Translations under genes and position numbers: made by a program
Notes under the pieces: model-generated
What the model saw: the letters and a program-made list of their open reading frames with translations, nothing else
Told to the model about the DNA's origin: nothing
Databases searched by the model: none
Shown: positions 13,081 through 26,634 of the stretch, one piece after another
Layout: each line of letters begins with the position of its first letter
Position numbering within the stretch: position 1 is the stretch's first letter
Source: the human T2T-CHM13v2.0 reference genome, Homo sapiens
Assembly: GCF_009914755.1 (NCBI RefSeq)
Contig: NC_060927.1
DNA: 64,000 bases
Direction: 5' to 3' (one strand)

Positions 13081-13460
13081 TGAATTAGTTTTCTAGGACT
13101 GACATAACAAATTTAACAGCCTGGGTGGGTTAAACAACAGAAACGTATTTGCTCACATTTCTGAATGTTTTAAGTCTAAGATCACAGTTTCATCAGGATT
13201 AGTTTCATTCCAAAGCCTCCCTCCTTGGCTTGTAAATAGCTGTATTATTTTGTCTTCACATGATCTTATTCTGATGTATGTGTATCCTAATCTCCTCTTA
13301 TAAGGACAGCAGTCGTATTGGATTAAAGCCCACCTTTAAAGACTTCATTTTAATTCAACTACTTCTTTAAAGACTCATCTCCAAATATAGTCACAATCTG
13401 AGGTACTGGGGGTTAGGATGTCAACATATAAATTTTGGGGGAACGTAATGGAGTCATAAA
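13081..13460 (-). mobile_element. MLT1A/MLT1A0 MaLR LTR
   Basis: ctgggtgggttaaacaacagaaa...ctaatctcctcttataaggacagcagtcgtattggatta...gaggtactgggggttagga. Confidence 0.85.
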
Positions 13461-14060
13461 GAGTAACCATCATCCTCTTGTTATGTTGTTTTAACTAAAA
13501 TATATATTAATAAAATCAAGCAAAATTATATTGAGATTTTTCTAGTATTAAGTAAAGGCCATCATATTAAAACATTACCATTAAGACATGTCCATGAATT
13601 TAAGGCTGATAATCTGATATAGGAATTTGTTGTGGGAAAAAATATGCATATGCCAAAGTACATTTTTTTTTTCGCCTTCCCAGCGTTTATTTATCTCCCT
13701 TTCTAAAGTGAATACTTAGATAATTTGTATTCTGGTCAACAATATGGTTTCAGGAAATCTGCTGATATGGGGCCTCCTCCATTGGTGTAAGCAATGAGCA
13801 CATTACACAATCTACCTTATTCCTATCACTATATCAAGTGGTCCAGGACTGGGACTAATTTTCTAGAAGAGGAGAAAACAGAAAACAAAAACCCTTTCCT
13901 AGAAATTAGTCGAGTGGGAAAGAAAGATTCTTTCATCTCTGGTTGTGAAGATGTGAGTTGTAGCCCCAGAATTTGTGATGAATATGTTTGTTCCAGGTTA
14001 GATTTGCTACAAGATGATTATAAACTGGAGTTTACATAAGGATGTACACTAGGCCTTTTT

Positions 14061-14180
14061 TCCTCCCTCCCTGCCTCCCCCCTCCCCCCTCCCTCCCTCC
14101 CTCCTTCCCTCCCTCCCTCCCTCCCTCCCTCCCTTCCTTCCTTCCTTCCTTCCTTCCTTCCTTCCTTCCTTCCTTCCTTC
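14061..14180. repeat. (CCCT)n/(CCTT)n polypyrimidine microsatellite
   Basis: Directly visible. Confidence 0.95.
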
Positions 14181-14650
14181 ATTTTCTATTATAACAAATG
14201 ACCAAGAACTGGGTGCTTAAAACAACAGAAATTTATTCTCATAGTTTTGAAGGCCACAGGTCTAAAATTAAGGTGCAAGTGGGGCTAGGCTCCCTCTAGA
14301 TGCAGGACTAGAAGAAAATTCATGTATTGCCTCTTGCTTATGGTGATTGTTGAAATTCCTTGACTTGTGGCTGCATCTCTCTGTCCTATCTGCACATCAC
14401 CTTTTCTCTGTGGTTGTCTGTGTCAAAATTAACTCTACCTCACCCTTAGTAAGAATACACTCGAGTGCATTTAGACCCACCACAATATTCCAGGATAAAT
14501 TATTCTTTTCAAGATATTTACCTTAATTATTTATTTTGGCATGTAAGGTAATATATTAATACATGATTTGCTATATAAGATAATATTTATAGGTTTAATT
14601 AATTAGGAAGTGAATATATATTGGTTAGGGGGCACATTTTTAGTCTAACA
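14181..14650 (-). mobile_element. MLT1B/MLT1C-like MaLR LTR
   Basis: ataacaaatgaccaagaactgggtgcttaaaacaacagaaatttattctcatagtt...ttccttgacttgtggctgcatc. Confidence 0.75.
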
Positions 14651-14659
14651 TGAAAAGTA

Positions 14660-15000
14660 TAGTAGGGATAACATGTAGGATTGAGCAGAAGTAAAGACTG
14701 GGCTATGATGCCATCTCAATGGGGACCTCAGTCAAACTCACAGTGGTAACTGAAGCAACGGCCTTACAGCATTGTCCAAAGGTGAGATAAACTGGGCAGG
14801 GCTCTCTAACCCTCGTCATCCAGTTATTAAATGTAGCCTTTTCCAGAAAGAATGCATCATATTGGGTGAGTGATTCTTGCCAGTTGAGGCAATTCTCAAA
14901 GATGGCTGACGACTATTCGTTAGTTAGACTCTCAACAGCTGATAGAACACTTTCTGTATTCCAGAAGGAGAAATTGCTGGCATTACATCACAGCATTCAC
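14660..15000. mobile_element. Old ERVL-class LTR fragment (LTR16/LTR33-like)
   Basis: ggattgagcagaag...gacctcagtcaaactcacag...cagcattgtccaaa...ccagttattaaatg resembles old ERVL LTRs. Confidence 0.4.
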
Positions 15001-15439
15001 TAAAATGTAAATTCACAGGAAAATATGCATGAAAGCCAAACAGAAACAAATGTAAGATTTAGGTTTGCCAAGCTCTAGATTCAAACTGATTAGATCTTTG
15101 GAAATCTTCCTTTGATTCTGAAAGTGATATAAATTCCTTTGCTGCAAATTTTTGCTTAGAGTACATATAAAATGTGTTTATGTTATTTCCAACTAGTCCA
15201 GAAAAATATAAAAAATGTACAGAAATATGTATATTTCAAAGCTAAACAAGAAGAACTGCAAGAAATGTACTAAAAACTGTCTCCTTATTATAGATATTAA
15301 GTTTAGTTGTATAGATGGTTTTTCTGTTACTGCCTAAAATCCTTTACTTGATAACATTTTCACATTATTGTCATAAGCAATACAATTACTCAAGGCTAGC
15401 CTCAAAACCCTGTGGTATAATGCTACTCCAGATATTTTC

Positions 15440-15600
15440 CCAGATCAGTAAGAATCATTCTCTTATGTGTGCTGTTAGAAATGCATAAATCTTGGGCTGC
15501 AAGTTGTGTCTTCTATGTCAGAATCTCAGAGTGGTGGCTTGAGAATCTTTGATTTAATACATGCTTTGATTTAATAATACATTCAGGTTATTCTTGACAG
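15440..15600. mobile_element. MER5-like hAT-Charlie MITE remnant
   Basis: tgttagaaatgcataaatcttgggc...tcagaatctc...gagaatct. Confidence 0.55.
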
Positions 15601-15639
15601 AAGCTTGTATTTCAGATTTATTTTTATTTTTTGTTTTTA

Positions 15640-16255
15640 TTGCCTTTTAATAGGCATGTAGTGGTATCTATTTGTGATTTAATTTGTGTTTGCCTAATGA
15701 TTAAATATATTAAGCATTTTTATATCTTTATTTGGTAATATATCTCTTAAATTCTTTGCCCATTTTCTTTGCATTGTTATTATTGTGTTTTGAGAGTTTT
15801 AATATACTTTAGGATCAAGTCATTTATTAGGTATATAATTGGCAAATATTTTCTCTTAGTTTGTACCTTTTCACTCTCTTAACTTCATGTTCTGTAGAAC
15901 CAGAAATTCTTAATTTTGATAAACTCCAAAGAATTTTTAATGTATCACGTCTTTAATATCAAAACAAATAAATTTTTCTAAAAACAAGAGCAAAAATATT
16001 TCTTCCTATATTTTCTCCTAGAAGTTGTGTAGTTTTACATATGTGTCGCTAATCAATTTTGAGTTAATTATTTTCTAGGAGGAGAAATACAGATTGTGGT
16101 TTTTCCTTTTAAATTTTTTTGCACATGGGTAAATAATTGTCCCATAAATTATTATTTGTTCTAAAAGCATTTTTGAATTGATGATGCACCTTGTCCAAAA
16201 TTAATTAACCACATATAGGTAGATCTATGTCAGGATGTTGTTTCTTCTTAAAATG

Positions 16256-16310
<55 letters not shown>

Positions 16311-18640
16311 TTTCTATCTCACAATTAGTACAAAAACAGGCCAAGACAGATGAGGCCACAAAATATACTAGGGCATTTGTAATGTCCACTTTATTGTTTC
16401 ATTGACTGATATGTCTTTTTTTCCTCCAACACTATACTGCATGGTTTATTGCAGGTTTAAAGAAAATTTTGAAACAAGGCAGTTTGAGTTATTTGAGTAT
16501 TTTTGTTTTTCAGTTGTATTTTTTAAATAGCCAGTAATTTGGCTATTCCAATTCTTCTGTTTAAACAAATTTAATAATCAGTTTTGCAATTTTTTCAAAA
16601 CATCTACTTAGGCTTTTAATTGGGATTGTAGTTAATCAACTGGTCAACATAGGAAGAATTTACATTTTAGCATTATTTAATCTTTTGAAATTGTCTGAAA
16701 ACACATTTCTCCACTTTTGAAAGAGACTATCACTGAGTATAGAATTTAAATTGACAGATTTTTATTTCAGCCCCTTGACAATGTCACATTGTCTTCAGAC
16801 TTCTATTGTTTTTGTTGAGAAATGAACTTTATTTCTTATTCTTGACCCTTTTATGTAATACATTATTTGTTCTTTGGATGCCTTTAATATTTCCATTTGT
16901 CTTTGTTTTTCAACAGCTTTCATGTTATTTTGTTGTCACTCTTTTGTTTATGCTGATCATGTTTCTTGAGATTTTGGGTGCCTTCTTAGATATTGGCTCT
17001 TGTTATATTTAATTAATTTTAGAAAATTTTTTGCAATCATATTTTCAAAACATTTTCTCTATTTTTCTGTTTTAGATTGCAACTACATGTATATTAAATG
17101 AAACAAATAGATAATGACATATCATTAAAAATCTCTTGGATTCTGTGTTCTGGATTCTCTATATTTTTCTTTATTCTTCAGTTGTCCAAGTTTTACCTAT
17201 CTGTCCTCAAGTTTACTCATTATTTCCACAAATGTGTCAAGTCTACTGAGAGTTTTTTTTATCATTCTGTTACTATGTTTTGCATTTCTATTTTCTTTTT
17301 ATTTTTCTAATTGTTTTTATCTCTGTGCTGAAATTATCTATCTCATCATGCATATTTTCCACATTTTTCATTGAAGGCTTTAATAAATAGTTATTTTAAA
17401 TCTCTTAATGGATACTTCTAACATCTGCACTTTATCTAGATCTACTCCTATTTATTGATATTTCTTTTCACAGCTCTTGTTTTCTTAACACTTTGTTTGC
17501 CTCATATGTTTCTGTGAAAAGTTAAACATATTGCAAAGGACAGTAAAAAACAGATGAAGGTAATTTGTATTTATGCCTGGAAACTAGCATGCTTTATCTT
17601 TGAATAGACCTTTACTGTGGGGGCTTGAGTCGGTCTTGTCGGGAATTGAGTTTGGATTTTACTATTGCTAATGTATGCCCCATAGGTTTCAGATTCCATC
17701 AATGCTAACTTTTGTTTGTGTTGGGAATAGATTTTCCAAAGAGTCTTGCTCAATGTCTGCACAAAACTCAGCTTTAAGTTTTCTCTTTGTAGCTATATCT
17801 CAAAGAAGGTCTTACTTCATGCTCTCCACACGTTCCCCCAATAGCAGAATGCTGTCACTTTTTTTCCTAGATACTTGTTACCTTTTGGCAGTGGATGTAG
17901 ACATTCTCTGTTACTCTGAGCCTTTGTTTTAAGCACGTGCATTCCTGGGTTTCAGGAGGGGGCTTATTTTATGATTCTATACTTTCCCCATTCTGTACCT
18001 ATCCCTGATGTATTCCAAAGACAAAGGCTTGTCTTTGTTTTGTTTTGCTTCCTTTTTGTTTCATTTCTCCAGTGGTATCTGTTCCCTAAGACACCTTCTT
18101 TAAGAAGATAGGAACTTCTTGCAGTGGATGAGGCTTTTGTTCGATAGAGAAAATAGATCAGAGTGGAGTATTTTCCTTTTCTTTCATTGACTATGGTCTA
18201 TCTTCCTCATCCTGTACCACAGGGTCTGTAGGGGATGCTTTTCTATGAAATCTCATGAAATTTCATCATGTCTCTAATCTTTACTATTATGGGTGAATAA
18301 TGAGATGAATGGAGAAGAGCCACTTGTTGGTAATTGCACTGCATCTGTGTTTCTGAAGAGTTGTAAAGTCTCATGCCACCCCAAACTCTGCCTGTATCAA
18401 TTTGTTAAACATTTTAACTGAATTATTTTCAGTGACACTTGGCATCTACCCCAGGTAAACAGGAGCTCTTATCTTATTTTTCCTTAGAGGTACATACCAT
18501 TCTTGGATTTCAGGTTAGTTGATTATCCTCTGATCTCAGTTGTGTAATGGGCTCAAGAAAAATTGTAATTTTGCCTATTAATCAGAATATTTTTGTTATT
18601 AGGTAAAGATTATTGTTATTTCCATCTTTCTATATCTTAA
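15640..18640 (-). mobile_element. Old L1 (L1ME/L1MD class) ORF2 3' part and ORF1/5' region, antisense and fragmented
   Basis: gtggtatct...gtgattttaatttgtgtttgcctaatga; ggcaaatattttctc; ttgggattgtagttaat; gagtatagaatttaaattgacag; T-rich strand bias. Confidence 0.7.
16259..16313. repeat. (TA)n followed by poly-T
   Basis: Directly visible. Confidence 0.95.
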
Positions 18641-18789
18641 TGAGAGTTGATAGAGTCTGAAAACTGAAAAATTTTAGCCAATTCTGTATGAACATAGTGT
18701 CTAATTTTTCAAATTGGTCACCAACTTATGGTGGGGAGAAATAAGGGTTACCTCCTTAATTCAAATTGTCCTCACACACAGACAGACTG

Positions 18790-18790
<1 letters not shown>

Positions 18791-18830
<40 letters not shown>

Positions 18831-18876
18831 TTAAATATGGAGAGAGATAGTAGTGAGAGAGAGAGAGAGAGAGAGA
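18791..18876. repeat. (CA)n and nearby (GA)n microsatellites
   Basis: Directly visible. Confidence 0.95.
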
Positions 18877-19259
18877 CTGAGATATCTGAAAATTAAATAT
18901 TTAACAGGAATTATAGGGAGAGAATATGGAATTTTTTTTTCCAGAGTGAGATAATTTAGGTGCTTGTTAATAACTAAATTATTTATGTGGAAAGGAAGTT
19001 AAATGGGTTTACTATGAATAGAAGTTGAAGAATCCACTAAGGGTGTTTGCTCTTAGTCATGATAATCATGTTAACTAAAAAGTAGTGTAAAGCCGTTACA
19101 AAATAAATAAAACATCTTTACTATATTCTGATGAATGGAAACCATACCTTGATTGGTTTTTTTACTCTAAAAATATGGGATAATCAGAGAGAAAGAGAAT
19201 TAAGAGGGAGAATTTTCTTATGATAAAAGCCTTAATGTTAGGTGGCTGGTAGCTATCTT

Positions 19260-19443
19260 CTCCCAATAGTTCTCTGATGGTACATATCTGCATGTAATAT
19301 TTAAGAAAAATGCAAATGCTCAAGTCATATCCCATATCCACTGAATTTAAGAGCTCAGAGGATGGTGCAGAAAAGTTATATTTTTATAAATAACTCAGAT
19401 AATTTTTTCTTCATTCAAGAATTTTGGAAAACTATTGTCTAGG
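19260..19443. mobile_element. MER5A/B-like hAT MITE remnant
   Basis: aaaatgcaaatgctc...ccactgaatt...tatatttttataaa...ttttggaaaactattgtctag. Confidence 0.55.
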
Positions 19444-19756
19444 CCAGTATCAGACAATAAGAAGAATTTAATGTTCATAGAGGTGAGAAAATAAAGATGA
19501 AATTATTTTATTCATATACAGATTAGTGAGAACTGTACAGACCCAAAATAATTTATTTAAGAAAGAGAACCTTGAAAGAAGTACATCAGATGACTCTTAA
19601 AATGAAAGCAATAGGGCATTCAAAAATATTAAGGAGTGTACAATTAAAGCTCTATATAGACCTTTATGCAAATAATTGAGTAACTCTTCCTAGAAACTGG
19701 GACACTAATGCCAAATATCATTAAAAAACCAAAACTGAAACTAAATCATTTGGAAA

Positions 19757-22700
19757 TTTGGAAAGAAAGAAATAAAATTTTCCTTGTTTGCAGATAATAT
19801 GATCTTGTATTAGAAAAACCTAAAGAATCCACAAAAGAACTGATAAAAAAAATTAAGTAGAGTTGCAGGATACAAAAATCAACATACCAAAATTAGTAGC
19901 AATTCTATACGCCAAAAGTGAACAATGTGAAAAAGAAATTAAAAAGTAATCACATTTACAACAGCCACACATAAAATTAAATACCTAGGAATTAACTTAA
20001 CTGAAGAAGTGAAAGACTTCTATAGAAAAAAAGCAAACAAACAAACAAACAAAAAACACTGGTGAAGGACATTAAAAAGAACACAAAAAATGAAAATATA
20101 TTTTATATTCATGGATTGGAAAAATCAATATTGGTAAAATGTCTATACTACCTAAAGCAATATACAGATTCAGTACAATTCCAATCAAAATACCAATGCC
20201 ATTCCTCATAGAAATAGAAAAAAAAATCCTAAAATTTATAAGAAAGCACGAAAGGCCCAGAATATCCAAAGCTATTTTAAGCAAAAATAACAAAACTGGG
20301 GGAATCATATTACCTGGCTGCAAATTATACTAGAGCACTATAGTAATCAAAACAGTATGGTACTGGCATAAAACCAGGCACATAAACCAATTGAAAAAAA
20401 TAGAGAACCTGGAAACAAATTCATACACTTATAGGCAACCCATTTTTGACAAAGGTGCCAAAACCATACTCTGGGGAAAAGACAGTCACTACAATAAATG
20501 GTGCTGGGAAAACTGGATATCTATGTGCTGAAGAATGAAACTAGATCCCTATTTCTTGCTATATACAAAAATCAAATAAAAATGGATTAAAAGCCAAAAC
20601 CAAAGACATCAAACTATGTAACTACTAAAAGAAAACATTGGGAAAACTCTTCAGGACATCAATTTGGGCAAAGATTTGCACAAGCAACCAAAGCAAACAT
20701 TGACAAATGGAATCACATCAAGTTAAAAAAGGCCTCTGCATAGCAAAGAAAATAACCAACAAAGTGAAGAGCCAGCCAATAGAATGACAGAAAATAGTTG
20801 GAAACTACCCATCGAACAAGGCATTAATAACAGAATATATAATGAACTCAAACAACTCCACAGAAAAAAAAATCTAATAATCTAATAAAATGATGGGCAA
20901 AAAATTAGAACAGACATTCCTCAAAAGAAGACATACAAATGGCAAACAGGCATATGAAAATCAGCTCAATATCACTGATCGTCAGAGAAATGTAACTCAA
21001 AACTACAATGAGATATTATTACATTGTCATTAAAATGGCTTATATTCCAAAGGACAGGCAATAACAAATGCTGGCTAGGATGTGGAGGAAAGAGAACCCT
21101 TGTACATTGTTGGTGGGAATTTAAATTAGTACAACGATGGAGAACAATTTGTAAGTTTATTGAAAAACTAAATTGAGGTACTATGTGATCAAGCAATGCT
21201 ACTGCTAGGTACAGACACAAAAGAAAGAAAACCAGTATATTGAAGAGATATCCGCACTGTTATGTTTGTTGCTGCACTATTCACAATAGCCAAGATTTGA
21301 AAGCAACCTAAATGTCCATCAACAAATGAATGGATGTATTAGGCTGTTTTCACATGGCTATAAAGAAATGCCTGAGATTAAGTAATTCATAAAGAAAAGT
21401 GGTTTAACTGATGCACAGTTCTGCATGGCTGGAGAGGCCTCAGAAAACTTACAGTCATGATAGAATGGCAAGCAAGCCACATCTTACATGCCAGGAGGAG
21501 AGAAGAGAAGAGTGAATGAAGTAAGAACTGCCAAACACTTTTAAAGTCATCAGCTTTTCTGAGACCTCTATCACTATAATGAGAAGAGCATGGGGAAAAC
21601 TGCCCCCATGATTCAATCACCTCCCACTCAGTCCCTACCTTGACACATGGGGATTACAACTTGAGATGAGATCAGGGTGGGGACACAGAGCCAAACCATA
21701 TTATTCTGTCCCTGGTCACTCCCAAATCTCATTCTCTTCACATTTTCAAAACCAGTTATGCCTTCCCAATAATCCTCCAAAGTCTTAACTCATTCCAGCA
21801 TTACTTCAAAGTCCAAGTCCAAAGTCTCATCTGAGACAAGGCAAGTCCCTTTTGCCTATGAGCCTTTAAAATCAAAAGCAAGTCAGTTACTTCCAAGATG
21901 CAGTGGAGGTACAGGCATTGGCTAAATGTTCCCATTCCAAATAAGAGAAAACAGCCAAAACAAAGGGGCCAAAGGCTGCATGAAAGTCCAAAACCCAGCA
22001 GGGCAGTTATTAAATCTTAAAACTCTGAAATAATCTCCTTTGACTCCATGTTTCACATACAGGGCATTATGATACAATGGGTAGGCCCCACAACCTTGGG
22101 GAGTTCCAATCCTATGGCCCTGCAAGATACAGCCCCTGCAGCTGCCTTCACAGGCTGACATTGAGTGCCTGCAGCTTTTCAGGTTCATGGCACAAGCTGT
22201 TGGTAGATGTACCTTTCTGGAGTTTGGAGGACGGTGGCCTTCTTACAGCTCCTCTAGGTAGTGCCCCAGTAGGCACTCTGCATGAGGGCTCCAACTGCAC
22301 ATTTCCCCTCTGCATTGCTCTATTAGAGGTTCTCCATGAGGGCTCCAACTCTTCAGCAGGCTTCTGCCTGGAAATTCAGGTGTTTTCATACATCCTCTGA
22401 AATCTAGGTAGAGGTTCCCAAAACTCAACTCTCATGTGTGCACCTGCAGGCCCAAAACCATGTGGAAGCTGCCAAAATTTGGGGCTTGCATGCTCTAAAG
22501 CAATGGCCTGAGCTGTAGCTGGTTCCCTTTTAGCCATGACTAAAGCTAGAAGGGCTAGGACACAGGGCAGCAAGTTGCAAAGCTGCACAGAGCAGCCGGG
22601 CCCTGGGCCCAGTCCAGGAAGCCATTTTTCCCTCCTAGGCCTCCTGACTGGTGGGTGATTCTGCAAAGATCCCTGACATGCCCTGGAGACATTTTTCACA

Positions 22701-24235
22701 TTATCTTGGTGATTAACATTTGTCTCCGCGTTACTTATGCCCATTTCTGCAGCCAGCTTGAATTTCTCCTCAGAAAATGGGTTTTGCTTTTCTATCGCAT
22801 CGTCAGGCTGCAAATTTTCTGAACTTTTATGCTCTATTTACCTTTTATACATAAGTTCTAATTCCAAACCATATCTTTGTGAATGAATAAAACTGAATGC
22901 TTTTAAGAGCACTCGAGTCACTCTTTCAATGCTTTGCTGCTTAGATTTTTTTTTTTTTTTTTTTTTGCCAGATACCATAAATCATCTCTCTCAAGTTCAA
23001 AGTTCCACAGATATCTAGGGCAGGGGCAAAATACCACTATTCTTTTTGCTAAACCATAAAGCATAGGGAGAATCACCTTTACTCCAGATCCCAATAAGTT
23101 GCTCATCTCCATTTGAGACTTCATTGTTTATATCACTATGAGTATTTTGGTCAAAAACATTCAACAAGTTTCTAGGAAGTTCCAAACTTTCTCACATCTT
23201 TCTTTTTCTGAGCCCTCCATACTGTTCCAACCTCTGCCTGTTACCCAGTTCCAATGTAGTTTCCATATTTTCAGTTTATCTTTATAGCAATGACCTACTA
23301 CCTTGGTACCAATTATCTGTATTAGGCTGTTTTCACACTGCTATAAGGAAATGCCTGAGAATGAGTAATTTATAAAGGAAAGAGATTTAATTGACTCACA
23401 GTTCTGCATGGCTTGGAAGCCTCAGAAGACTTACAATCATGGTGGAAGGAGAAGGGGAAGCAAGGCACATCTTACATGGCAGTGGGAGTAAAGAGAAGAG
23501 TGAATGAAAGAGAACTGCCGAACACTTAAAACCATCAGCTCTCATGACAACTCCCTCACTGTCATGAGAACAGCATGGGGGAAACTACACCCATGATTCA
23601 ATCACCTCCCATCAGCCCCTGCCCAACCCATGGGGATTACAATTTGAGATGAGTTTTGGGTGGTGACACAGAGCCAAACCACATTAATGAATAAAGAAAA
23701 TGTGGTACATACACACAATGGAATACTATTCAGCCATGAAAAAGAATGAGATCTAGTGATTTGCATCAACATGGATGGAACTAGAGGTCATTATGCTAAG
23801 TGAATAAGTCAGGAACAGAAAGACAATCATCACATATTCTGACTTATTTGTGAGATCTCAAGATCAACACAATCGAACTCATTGGTAATAGAGAGTAAAA
23901 ATATGGTTACTATGGGCTGCAAAGGGTAGTGGGTGGCAGGGGGAGGTGGAGTGGATAATGGATACAAAAACTTAGAATGAATAAGTCCTACTCTTTGATA
24001 GCACAGTAGGGTGACTGTAGTCAATAATATATTAATCCTATATTTTAAAATGACTTAAAGGATGTAATTGGATTATTTGTAACCCAAAGGATAAATGTTT
24101 GGGTGAATGGCTAGCATTCTGCATGATGTGCTTATTTCACATTGCATACCTGTATCAAAACTTCTTGTATACCCCATAAATATATACATCTACTATGTAC
24201 ACACAAAAATTTTAAAAAATTAAAAAATAAAATAT
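19757..24235 (+). mobile_element. 5'-truncated L1MA (ORF2 RT to C-terminus plus 3'UTR), split by MSTA
   Basis: tccttgtttgcagataatatgatc (FADDM motif region); ORF 20139-20333 [19 protein letters not shown]; L1MA-type 3'UTR and A-rich tail. Confidence 0.92.
21335..23686 (-). mobile_element. Full-length MSTA-like MaLR (LTRs 21335-21703 and 23318-23686)
   Basis: Paired LTRs tgtattaggctgttttcac...gacacagagccaaacca; MaLR internal region; 5-bp TSD atgga/atgaa within the L1. Confidence 0.92.
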
Positions 24236-26475
24236 ATAATTTTAGGCAAAAATACAAATCAAAAATGAGCATAAAAATGTTATCTGTGAACCATGTGTTG
24301 AAAAAAAAAATTGAGTTTGATATCTAAGGGATGGCTCAGGAAAAATGAACCATGGCAAAGGAGAGCTTGGCAGGAAATGGAAGTTTCAATTTTAGGCACT
24401 AGTTAGATACTTTCCTAGTAGAAAGTAGCTGCTAGAGTAATGAAAGTGAACACAATCCTGGTCCCAGTCCATACAGATTCATCTCATTGTGGATGACTTA
24501 ACAAAATTAAATAGAGGAACATTTGTTGTTAAAAATATAAATAATAAATATGTGGGATATAGAACAAAGGCTAAGCACAATAAATAAATTACAATTGAAT
24601 AAAAGAATATTGATACTATGTAGGATGATAAGACAAGAGATCAACTAAGGGAGAAGTTTAAAATGTTAAAACACACACTAAGAATTGAACATTTAAAAAA
24701 AAATATATTAATAAACAAAAATTTGGAATAGATTCACCACAGACATATACTATCAATACTGAGAGAGGAGCTAGATACAATAATTTTGTTGCTTTTTAAA
24801 GTAACACAATTTGTGCAAGCCTAGAAAAATATAATAGCCAAGAAAAAGCTGAGTTTTTTGGAAGCATATATGACAAAGTTACTATGTTCACTCTTTCTCT
24901 GGAGGCACAATTTTCATGGAACTGACAGTGACTTCAGGGCAGGAGTCAGCTAAAGGAGTTTCTTCATTGAAACACATGTTGTCACTCAAATGGAAAAGAC
25001 TGCTAGGTGGCAGATTTTGTGGCCTTCATAGTAAGTGACACATAATGAGAAGCATTGGTAGCCACTATCAAGAATCAGAACACGTAATCGTTCATCATGA
25101 TGGTGGGGTGAATGTGTCAGAAGGAAAAAACCTAAAAGGTAAATAAAAACTGCAGCTTTTAAAATATGTATGATTGGACATCATGCCCTAGATAAGATTG
25201 TGGTTAGGAATGATGTTTGTAAAAATAGCAAAAAGTTATCAAGTGGCAATTTCAATGGGTGGAGGATTTAAAACATTTCTGTACTGTTTTTTTTGTTCTT
25301 TGTTTTTTTTATCAGTGGGAAATTCTTGTGAAAGTTACTGTATTAATGCCGTTTTCCCCATGGAGGTAGTCACAGGTTGTATACTCTTAGAGCTGTATAT
25401 TGGTCTGGGTCTACCTTTCTCTTTTCTACTATGATCTATGATTGCAAGGAAAAGAGTCAGAATTCATCCAGTTCTGTATTCTCAGATAAGTATTTAAGTT
25501 GCTCAGAATTCATTTTGCTTTATAAAATAAATGTATGTATAGCCAATGCTTCAGTAATTTTAATACATTCTGAATTGCTTAACTGTATTAAAAGTGGAGG
25601 GCACATCGAAATTGAATACCCCAAACTTTCTCTCACCACTTTAAATCGAGAAAACTTTCTCTAAGCATCCAGATTTCCTACAGGCACATTAGTTCTTGAC
25701 TGATGAACAGCAAAACATAACATAAAGACTGATATAAACACCCATCTTCATTTTCTTTCACCCTGTCTTTCTCTAAGAAGGAATTATCCTATACAATTTT
25801 AAAATCTAAAGCCTTAGTCAGGATATTTAATCTCATCTCTTTAGAACTTTGTTTAATTTCATACTCCACTGCTTCCTTTTCCTCTGTCCATAAAAATGGC
25901 AAAGACTCTCTGTGTCTAAGAATGTCCCTCATTCTTGCTGTCTTCTGAAGCTGCCTCCATTTCTCTCTGCATAGAAAATAGCCCAGGTCCTTAATCCCAG
26001 TGCAAGAGTCAGAATATAATTAAACCAGAGCTGAATGGATGTGAGAGAAAGGTGATGCCTAGTTCTATTTATCTGCTCTTTTTCTTCTCCTTATCCAGAG
26101 GAAGAATTTCAAGAACCATTTTGGTGTTTATGAGCAAAGTAATTGTCAGAATGACTTGGGTGCTTCTTAAATATTTACCTCAATTTGTAATTACCATTAA
26201 ATAAAACGTTTTATTTTGGGTTTTGTAAAACAGAATCGCAAAATTTTTCTCAACTTCAGCCAGATGTACATTTGGTAGAAGAATATGATACAATGTATAA
26301 CAATGGTATCACCATGTATTAAAACAAATCCAACCAATCATAGACTTAAAAAAAGACTAAAGCTAATTCTGCAATTGCCTTGCACCCCCTGTATTTTTTT
26401 CCCTGGTATTGCTTTGATGCCATGGAACCCCAGCCTTCCCCTCAACAGTCAATTAGAAACTTAATTTGGAGTCAT

Positions 26476-26480
<5 letters not shown>

Positions 26481-26552
<72 letters not shown>

Positions 26553-26632
26553 GTATATGTATAATATATATGTGTAATGTATATGTATAATATATATGTA
26601 TAATATATATACACACATACATCTACACATAC
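26481..26632. repeat. (TA)20 then (TG)n, followed by TA/CA low complexity
   Basis: Directly visible. Confidence 0.95.
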
Positions 26633-26634
26633 AG

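Noticed and set aside
8549-24235. 5' L1 piece (8549-12127) and 3' L1 piece (19757-24235) as one element
   Set aside because: The intervening DNA holds older repeats (MLT1, MER5, L1ME) and the 5' piece has its own flanking 16-bp repeat
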